Part shown: one piece after another, positions 56,382 through 64,000 of the stretch
How the letters are laid out: the number at the start of each line of letters is the position of its first letter
How positions within the stretch are numbered: the first letter of the stretch is position 1
NCBI GenBank assembly: GCA_963707985.1
Contig: CAVPRW010000008.1
Coordinates: forward strand, 32,001 to 96,000
From: an uncultured Nitrospinota bacterium
GTDB lineage: Bacteria; Tectomicrobia; Entotheonellia; J063; CAVPRW01
Direction: 5' to 3'
Length of the DNA stretch: 64,000 nucleotides
Translations under genes and position numbers: made by a program
Notes under the pieces: generated by a model
Seen by the model: only the letters and a program-made list of their open reading frames with translations
Databases searched by the model: none
What the model was told of the DNA's origin: nothing

Positions 56382-58611
56382 TCAACGTGCGGCCTGCCCA
56401 TCGGGTGCGAGGCCATATAATCGCTGATACATCCCGTAATTGCGCAGGACACTCTTGACATAGAGTCTCGTCTCCTCAAAGGGAAGACGCTCGATAAACT
56501 CGTCCCAATCGGTTGTGCTCAGGTCTTTCAGCCATTGCTTGACGCGTCCTGGTCCAGCGTTGTATGCAGCCAGCGCGGGGATGAGATTACCACGGTGTGT
56601 GTCCGCTAAGCGGTCTAAATACTGCGCGCCCAAACGGACGTTCAGCTGTGGATCAAACAAGAGGTCGTCGCGAAAGGCCTCCAGTCCTATCCGCTGATAG
56701 ACCTCACGCCCAGTCGAGGGTAAAAGTTGCATCAGCCCGCGCGCGTCCGAATTGGAGACAGCGCGGGCATTGAAGGCGCTCTCCTGGCGAATGACCCCCA
56801 GTACGAGCCATGGATCAAGCCGCGCAAATTTCGTAGCCTCCAGAACCTCTTGCCAATATAGCTGCGGGAAGAGTGTCGTCCAGAACTCAGGAGGCAGGCT
56901 GAGCCGCGCATTGGCCGCCGCCGAGCTCAGCGCCGCGTTCAAGGTCCGAATGGCCTGAAGAGGCATGTCTGCCCTGAGATACATGCGGGCCAATACCATC
57001 CGTTCATTGACTCCTTGACCCAATCGCCGGGAGAATTGCGTGATCTCTTCCCGCGCATCCTCAAGCAAGCGAAGGGCGAGAAGCTCATCCACGCGGACAC
57101 TGTGGAAGCGAGCGGCATCTGAAAGGCCGAGATCGGTGTTGAGCTGTGGAGAGCGATCGGCAGAGAAGGTGGAGCTGTTCGCCGAGGCAAAGGCAGGTGT
57201 GGGGGCATTCCCGAGCGCAGGCTCTGGAGCGTAGGACCTCCTGGCCACGTTGGCCATAATACGTATAGGGATAGTCACGGGCCACCTGCTCATAGAGCAG
57301 CAGGGATTGCGGACTATGGCCACTTTTGTCGAGAGCTTTGGCCTGCCAATAGACAGCGTTACTCGCGAACAGTGACTGGGGAAAGCGCTCCGCCGTCTTC
57401 CCAAACTCCTGTGCCGCGGTGCCGAAGAGGCGCTGAGCATAGTACAGCCAACCGATGCGCCAGGACAGTTCGTCGGCTCGGTCGCTCGTGGGAAAGCGCG
57501 TCGCTAACTCTCGATAGGCTCCAATGGCGCGTTCACTCTGCTGTCGGGACTCATAGGACAGGCCGAGCGTCACCAATGCCTTGCCATTCCACACCGTCGA
57601 CGGTTCACGCGCTGCCAATTGACGCAACACTCCTTCTGCCTCACCGCCACGGCCGTCACGCTGCAAGGCCAGGCCGAGAAGATAGAGAGCCTCGGCCGAT
57701 TGGTCGTCGGCCCCTTGGACATAGCGAAATTGGTCTAGGCTGGCGATGGCCTCGCGGTAGCGTCGTAGTCGATAGGCACAGAAGCCGAGACGTCTGGCTG
57801 CCCATGCGGTCAGGTCGTCGGATCGTCCGCTGGTAGATAGCTGTCGTACCGCTTGCATAGCCCGCTCGCAATCACCAGCCTCGGCAAGCTGATCAGCTCG
57901 CTCGAGGTGTTCTCGCGGACTCAATACAGAGGCAAGCGTGCGCCCTATCGGCGGTATGGTCTCCGCCCGGAAAGCGGCCTGCTCAGCCTCTGAGCTTAAT
58001 GGAAATCGGATAAAAAGGGTACGATAAGCCGCCATGGCTTTGTCGTGCAATCCGGCGGACTCATAGCCCTGCCCGAGCCATAGATACGCCTCAGGCACAG
58101 CTGGATCTTTGGGAGCTTGGCTGACAAGTTCTTCAAGGACGTGTACACCCTCTAAAAACTGGCCGTTGATGCTAATCAGTTGTCGCCCCAAGGCCAGACG
58201 TGCCTGGGGGACGAGGCGACTTTGTGGAAACCGCACCAACAGAAGCCGCAGCGTCTCCAGGTATGGGCGCTCAGCGTTCAGCTCCTGATGAATACGCGCC
58301 ACGTTCCAAATGGCGTAATCTCCGAGCTCCGGATATCGGCCCACCACCTCACCAAAGGCCTGCAGCGCCTCTGGATAGCGCTTCAGCCTCAGGGCGACAT
58401 GGCCGTATAAGTAGCGGGCGCGATTTTGCTCCTGGCTGGAAAGCGATGTGACCGGGAGGGAAGTGAGTTGTGCCAAAGCCTCGGGGTAATTTCCACGCTC
58501 GACGGCCTTGATCGCACTGTCGAGTGTTGCGGTCGGAGTCCCCGCCCAAAGGCAACTCATTGAGAGAAGGGTTATGACCATACCGACAGTCCACCCGCGG
58601 CGGGTCGTCAT
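56382..58611 (-). CDS. slt: TPR-containing soluble lytic transglycosylase (frameshift near 57225)
   Basis: Signal peptide, TPR helices, IRQES, GLMQL, AAYNAG and ETRLYV motifs. Confidence 0.9.
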
Positions 58612-58763
58612 CAGCCATCGTCCTCCTTCCTGCCGTGACCTGGATAACCAGTATTGCCCATGAACCCCTGGTATTCAAGGGTTTCAGTGGCTTGCATTTT
58701 ACTGTGGAACGTTTATATTATACAGTGAATTGGCGAGAATCCCTGATCTGGAGGTCTCCGAGC

Positions 58764-58955
58764 ATGATAATCGACAAGGTATTAGCAGTCTATAATATCT
58801 CACCATTGCTCCTGGTGGTTGAGTCCGACGAAGGGAAGTTGTTTGAGCTCTCCCTGAAGGACCTCAAGAAGGCTGGGTATATTTTCAGCGATACAGCATG
58901 GAAGAGCTTGGTCGAAGATTATCGGATCTTTAACAGCCAGCATGCACCACGCTAA
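58764..58955 (+). CDS. Small hypothetical protein (63 aa)
   Basis: GGAGG RBS, upstream TTGCAT-N18-TATTAT, fills the gap between slt and secF. Confidence 0.65.
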   Translation: MIIDKVLAVYNISPLLLVVESDEGKLFELSLKDLKKAGYIFSDTAWKSLVEDYRIFNSQHAPR

Positions 58956-58966
58956 TGCGTGTTAGT

Positions 58967-59935
58967 TTAGCGCGTATGCGCCGGTGGGGTCTTCGAGGAC
59001 TGGGGCCGCTGCCCGGTGCGGCGGCTCACAGTCCTCGGCCAATAGAGCACAATGGGCGCTACCACAAAGATTGAAGAATACGTTCCGGCAATAACGCCAA
59101 TCAGGAGGGCCAACGCAAAATCATGCAACACAGCCCCGCCAAACAACAATAGGGCGACAAGCGTTAAGACGACCGACCCACCGGTAAGAATCGTGCGACT
59201 GAGCGTCTCGTTAAGACTGCGATTGATGACTTGGTCGAGTGGGTCCCGAGGATGGGCACGGAGGTTTTCACGAACGCGATCGAGGACGACAATAGAATCA
59301 TTGATCGAATAGCCTGCGATGGTCAAGATAGCAGCCAAAACCGTCAAGGTCATTTCTTTGCCGGTTAGAGCAAACAGCCCAAGCGTGATCAAGACATCGT
59401 GAAGATCGGCCAGCACCACCCCCAACGCATATTCGACACGCATCCCAAAACGCCACCAAATATACACCAGAATTCCTAGCGCCGACCACACCACGGCGAG
59501 CAGAGCTTTCCACCGTAAATCCTTTCCGACCTTCGGTCCCACTTGCTCTGCTCGCAGGAGTTGCACTCCTTGATCTCCATACTCCTGCTGAAATGCTTCC
59601 ATCACTCGCGACCGTAGGTGTTCCAGATCTTCGGTTGAATTCGGAACCCGAACGATGAAATCACGGTCGCTGCCGAAGCGCTGAATTTCGGTTTCCGGTA
59701 AGTTGAGCTTATGCAGTATCCCGCGCACGTGGTCGACAGTCATCTCTTGCTGAAACCGTAATTGCAGCAGAGTGCCACCGGAGAAATCGATCCCATAGTT
59801 GAATGCATCGCGTCCAGTAAGCACGCGCCCGAGAATAAGGATGAGGACAAGAGCCACGAGCACGACAGATACGAGAGCGAATACTTTCATTCGGCCAATG
59901 AAATCGAGATCAATCCCTGGGCGTATAATCTCCAT
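58967..59935 (-). CDS. secF: Protein translocase subunit SecF
   Basis: GIDFSGG, VGPKVG, HDV and GYSINDSIVV.DRVRE motifs. Confidence 0.97.
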   Translation of the reverse strand: MEIIRPGIDLDFIGRMKVFALVSVVLVALVLILILGRVLTGRDAFNYGIDFSGGTLLQLRFQQEMTVDHVRGILHKLNLPETEIQRFGSDRDFIVRVPNSTEDLEHLRSRVMEAFQQEYGDQGVQLLRAEQVGPKVGKDLRWKALLAVVWSALGILVYIWWRFGMRVEYALGVVLADLHDVLITLGLFALTGKEMTLTVLAAILTIAGYSINDSIVVLDRVRENLRAHPRDPLDQVINRSLNETLSRTILTGGSVVLTLVALLLFGGAVLHDFALALLIGVIAGTYSSIFVVAPIVLYWPRTVSRRTGQRPQSSKTPPAHTR

Positions 59936-59967
59936 ATATGCTCCCGTTCAACACCCCGCCGCACTTC

Positions 59968-61518
59968 CTAGATACTCAACCGCTGGATGGGCCGTAAGGC
60001 TAAAACACTCTCGAAGATCACCTTGCAGATGAACACCGCCGTGATGAGATTGGCAATCATTCCCAGCACCAGGGTGACGGCAAATCCCTTCACAGGACCC
60101 GTCCCGAACTGAAAAAGCATCGCCGCTGCGATGAGTGTTGTGACATGTCCATCCAAAATCGCGCTCCACGCGCGTGTGAATCCTGCATCAATGGCCGAGC
60201 GCGGAGGTTTACCCGTGCGCACTTCCTCGCGAATGCGCTCAAAGATCAGCACATTCGCATCCACTGCCATACCAATTGTCAGCACGATGCCGGCGATTCC
60301 CGGTAATGTGAGGGTGGCATGAAGGTATCCAAGCCCTGCCAGAAGCATAAGGACATTCAACACCAGCGCAAGGTTTGCCACCACCCCGGCGAAGCGGTAA
60401 TAAACCAGCATGAAAAGCACGACCAGCAGACTGCCAATGACACCGGCCGTAATGCCCTCACGAATGGAGTCCTGTCCCAGCGAGGGGCCGATGGTGCGAT
60501 TTTCCTCGATGCGCACCGGCGCCGGCAGTGCCCCAGCCCGCAGCACAATGGCGAGGTCCTTCGCTTCCGCATCCGTAAAGCTTCCCGTAATCTGTGCTCG
60601 CCCGCCTCCAATGCGTTCACGAATGACTGGAGCTGAGTAGACGGTGTCGTCTAGAGCGATGGCAAGACGCTTGCCCACATTCTCTGAAGTGATATGCTCA
60701 AAGAGTCGTGCCCCGTCGCCATTAAATTCTATTGAGACGTAGGGCTCTCCGAAACGTGAGCCCAGTTCCATTTTCGCATTACTCAATGCGTCTCCGGTGA
60801 GCAGTACTTGCTTCTTCAGCAAATAAGGGGTACGTGTCACCTCTTTGGTTTGTTTGTTGACCTTCCGTTCATACAATATTTCCGACCCCGCCGGCACTCG
60901 ACCCTTTAAGGCTTCGTCGACGCTCTGCCCCTCGTCAACAAGCCGAAACTCTAAGCGGGCGGTCCTCCCGATGAGCTGGATGGCGCGGCTGGGATCCTCG
61001 ATACCCGGTAACTCGACCACAATGTTGCGTGCACCCTGTCGTTGAATGGTTGGCTCGGCAACGCCAAATTGATCCACCCGATTGCGGATTGTCTCAAGCG
61101 CCTGATCGACCGCATTTTCCATAATCCGCCGGACGTCCTGATCATCGAGCTTGTAGGTCAGCTCGGTTCCCCCACCCATGGTGCCAACAGGAACCAGGGA
61201 TGGGAAAGCCTTAACGGTGTCGGTGACAAGGTTGACTTGCCCGGCGTCGGGAAGTTTGATCAGCAGCTGTCTATAGTCGATTTTGCGCACCTCAGCCCCC
61301 GATAGCCCAGCCTTTTTCAGCGCCTCCGTGAGCTCGGTGACAAGTCTCTCAGTGGTATTTTCCACTGCCTTCTCCGCTTCAACTTCCAGGACCAGATGCA
61401 TGCCGCCTTGTAAGTCCAGCCCCAAATTAATTCGTCGTCCCAACGGGAAGGCGAACCACGCGCTGACCCCAATAAGCATTGCAATAATTGCTAATTTCCA
61501 GCGCAAATCCCGCCGCAA
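59968..61518 (-). CDS. secD: Protein translocase subunit SecD
   Basis: LGLDLQGG, RNRVDQFGVAEP and GMAVDANVLIFERIREE motifs. Probable TTG start after AAGGAG. Confidence 0.97.
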   Translation of the reverse strand: MRRDLRWKLAIIAMLIGVSAWFAFPLGRRINLGLDLQGGMHLVLEVEAEKAVENTTERLVTELTEALKKAGLSGAEVRKIDYRQLLIKLPDAGQVNLVTDTVKAFPSLVPVGTMGGGTELTYKLDDQDVRRIMENAVDQALETIRNRVDQFGVAEPTIQRQGARNIVVELPGIEDPSRAIQLIGRTARLEFRLVDEGQSVDEALKGRVPAGSEILYERKVNKQTKEVTRTPYLLKKQVLLTGDALSNAKMELGSRFGEPYVSIEFNGDGARLFEHITSENVGKRLAIALDDTVYSAPVIRERIGGGRAQITGSFTDAEAKDLAIVLRAGALPAPVRIEENRTIGPSLGQDSIREGITAGVIGSLLVVLFMLVYYRFAGVVANLALVLNVLMLLAGLGYLHATLTLPGIAGIVLTIGMAVDANVLIFERIREEVRTGKPPRSAIDAGFTRAWSAILDGHVTTLIAAAMLFQFGTGPVKGFAVTLVLGMIANLITAVFICKVIFESVLALRPIQRLSI

Positions 61519-61809
61519 GCCATTCTCCTTCATGCGATCTGAAGGCTCATCACCCAGTGAAAAGGTCGCTACCGCTTCCTTCTTCCACGCTGCCGACCGC
61601 TGCTGCCCTTTGCCGGATGGCAACGCTTAGGGCAGAGGGGCGCAACGGCTAGACTGGCCGCCTCCTAGCTGGCCTCCGCCTTGCCTGTCTGGCCTGTGAT
61701 TGGCGTCGTGATGATCTGGCCCATTGTCGTCTTGATGATCGTGACAGCGGGAAATATCGTGGCGATCAAGTAGCCGAGCGCTTTGGGAGCGAGATAGGGC
61801 GCGGAGCAC

Positions 61810-62172
61810 TTAGCCTTTCTTCATCTCCTCGACTTCCTCGAACACTCTATCCGTCTCTTTCACCATATCGGCGATGGCACTCTTGTTCACCCGGATACGA
61901 ACCTGGTCGGCGATTTCAAGGTGAATGATGTCGTTGCGGATTTTAACGATGGTGCCATAGATGCCGCCGCTAGTGACCACGCGATCACCACGCTTCAGAT
62001 TTTGCAGCATCTGGCGGAGGTCTCGTTGCTTCTTCTGCTGAGGGCGAATGAGCAGGAAATAGAAGATCGCGAACATCGCGATGAAGGGAATCAGCATGTT
62101 GACTTGCCCGAAGATCCCCCCTCCGCCACCTGGCGCAGCTCCGGAGGTTTGTGCGTAGGCCCACTCCAGCAT
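61810..62172 (-). CDS. yajC: Preprotein translocase subunit YajC
   Basis: FYFLLIRPQQKK and GDRVVTSGGIYG motifs. Confidence 0.97.
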   Translation of the reverse strand: MLEWAYAQTSGAAPGGGGGIFGQVNMLIPFIAMFAIFYFLLIRPQQKKQRDLRQMLQNLKRGDRVVTSGGIYGTIVKIRNDIIHLEIADQVRIRVNKSAIADMVKETDRVFEEVEEMKKG

Positions 62173-62318
62173 TGATGTCTCCCTTTCTAGTGTGCAACCT
62201 TGCAGCTGGCCTGCGTCGCAGGCGCCATGCGGACTAGAGCATAAATTATAGCCAGGTCGTTGAGGCACGTGCAAGCAAAATCACCCGGATCCGCGAGCAA
62301 CGATGAAAAACAGCAGGC

Positions 62319-62358
62319 AAAAAAATGGGTCCCCACCGCAGAGCTAAGGTAGGGACCC
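62319..62358 (-). terminator. Rho-independent terminator after glnA
   Basis: GGGTCCCTACC...GGTGGGGACCC followed by A and T7 on the minus strand. Confidence 0.8.
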
Positions 62359-62439
62359 GCAGGCAACGAGTCTTCGCTGCGAGCGACGACCCTGAGTCAG
62401 CAACCGACAGCGGACAAGGTACCCCGTTCGGCAGCTTTC

Positions 62440-63852
62440 TTACACATCGTAGTAGAGGGCGAACTCGTACGGATGCGGCCGTAGGCGCACCTCGTCGATT
62501 TCTCGATGGCGCTTGAAGTATAACCAGGTGTCTAGCGTGTCTTTGGTGAAGACATCTCCCTTCATCAAGAAGTCGTGATCGCGCTCCAGCGCCAGGAGAG
62601 CATCCTCCAAACTACCCGGCACCGAGGGCACATCCTTCAGTTCTTCGGGGCCGAGTTCGTAAATATCTTTGTCCAACGGATCGCCCGGATCGATCTTGTT
62701 CTCGATGCCGTCCAGTCCGGCCATGAGCATGGCGGCGAAGGCCAGGTAGGGGTTACTCGAACCATCGGGGAACCGCACTTCGATACGCTTGGCTTTAGGG
62801 TTCGTGAAGTACATCGGGATGCGCACGCTAGCGCTGCGGTTACGGCTCGAGTAGGCCAGGTTGACTGGGGCTTCAAAGCCAGGCACTAAGCGTTTATAGG
62901 AGTTCGTCGTGGGGGCTACCAGGGCACAAAGCGCCGCCGCATGATGCAGGATGCCGCCAATGTAGTACAGGGCCGTTTTGCTCAAACCCGCATAGTCATT
63001 GCCTGGGAACAACGGCTGATCGTTCTTCCACAGGCTTTGGTGGACATGCATACCCGTGCCGTTGTCGCCGAAGATGGGTTTCGGCATAAAGGTTGCGGTT
63101 TTATTGTGCCGACGCGCCACATTCTTGATGATGTACTTGTACCACATCACCTTGTCCGCCATTAGCGTCAGCGGTGAGAAGCGCATATCGATTTCACATT
63201 GCCCGGCAGTAGCCACCTCGTGGTGTTGCGCTTCGACGATGATGCCCACCTTCTCGAGCGTCAGGACCATCTCAGTCCGCAGATCCTGGAGGGTATCGGT
63301 GGGGGAGACGGGGAAGTAGCCCTCTTTAAATCGTGGTTTGTATCCCAGATTGGGCTTCTCTTCGCGACCGCTGTTCCAGCGCCCTTCGACGGAGTCGATG
63401 AAGTAGTACCCGCAGTTCTCGTGGAAATCGTAGCGGATGTCATCGAAGACAAAGAACTCGAGTTCGGGGCCGAAATAGGCGGTATCAGCCAGCCCTGTTT
63501 GCCTGAGAAAGGCCTCGGCTTTTTGGGCGATATAGCGCGGATCACGCGAATAGCGTTCGCGCGTGATGGGGTCCAGCACGTCGCAGATCATGGTCAGGGT
63601 AGGGACCTCGGTAAAGGGATCCATATTCGCGCTGTTGGGATCTGGAATCACCAGCATATCGCTCAGGTTAATCGCTTGCCAACCCCTGATACTCGAGCCA
63701 TCGAACCCGTAGCCATCTTCCAGGGAACTCTCGCTTACCTCACTAATGGGCACAGAGAAATGTTGCCATAATCCTGGCAAGTCGATGAACTTGAGGTCCA
63801 CCATTTTGGCGCCATTCTCTTTGGCCATACTCAGCACTTCTTTTGGTGTCAT
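62440..63852 (-). CDS. glnA: Glutamine synthetase type I
   Basis: FDGSSI, HHEVA, FMPKP, NSYKRL, RNRSA and IEVRFPD motifs. Confidence 0.98.
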   Translation of the reverse strand: MTPKEVLSMAKENGAKMVDLKFIDLPGLWQHFSVPISEVSESSLEDGYGFDGSSIRGWQAINLSDMLVIPDPNSANMDPFTEVPTLTMICDVLDPITRERYSRDPRYIAQKAEAFLRQTGLADTAYFGPELEFFVFDDIRYDFHENCGYYFIDSVEGRWNSGREEKPNLGYKPRFKEGYFPVSPTDTLQDLRTEMVLTLEKVGIIVEAQHHEVATAGQCEIDMRFSPLTLMADKVMWYKYIIKNVARRHNKTATFMPKPIFGDNGTGMHVHQSLWKNDQPLFPGNDYAGLSKTALYYIGGILHHAAALCALVAPTTNSYKRLVPGFEAPVNLAYSSRNRSASVRIPMYFTNPKAKRIEVRFPDGSSNPYLAFAAMLMAGLDGIENKIDPGDPLDKDIYELGPEELKDVPSVPGSLEDALLALERDHDFLMKGDVFTKDTLDTWLYFKRHREIDEVRLRPHPYEFALYYDV

Positions 63853-63881
63853 GCCCTACTCCTCCCCCAACGATTGCCGTG

Positions 63882-64000
<119 letters not shown>

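Overview
GC-rich bacterial chromosomal window, probably a metagenome or long-read assembly, because single-base indels break many genes including housekeeping ones. It has four zones. (1) 1-18.3 kb is an accessory hotspot of toxin-antitoxin (TA) modules and IS elements (IS1634-, IS4-, IS66-, IS481- and ISKra4-like). It includes a 4.5-kb composite IS1634 element with a 5-bp target duplication that carries one TA module and splits the antitoxin of another, a second IS1634 whose terminal repeats enclose a secreted-protein passenger gene, and a mosaic duplication of GDP-fucose synthase. (2) 12.5-46.3 kb is a large surface-glycan locus with about nine SAM methyltransferases, GT2/GT4 glycosyltransferases, four GT-C-like membrane proteins, a DPPR-synthase-like UbiA plus HAD phosphatase, an Arn/Wec-like amino-sugar module and a tandem-repeat coiled-coil methyltransferase. 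(3) 47-52.9 kb is a cluster of exported proteins: a barrel-less secretin-N-like protein, SurA/PrsA-like chaperone genes and S8 proteases. The proteases share a C-terminal domain with the IS-borne secreted protein at 8-9.6 kb, which makes this the best candidate for an undescribed export or surface-sorting system. (4) 53-64 kb is core genome: sat, MsrP-like oxidoreductase, folK, C26 hydrolase, TPR-Slt, secF, secD, yajC, glnA and glnB. All family calls come from motif recognition by eye, with no database searches.
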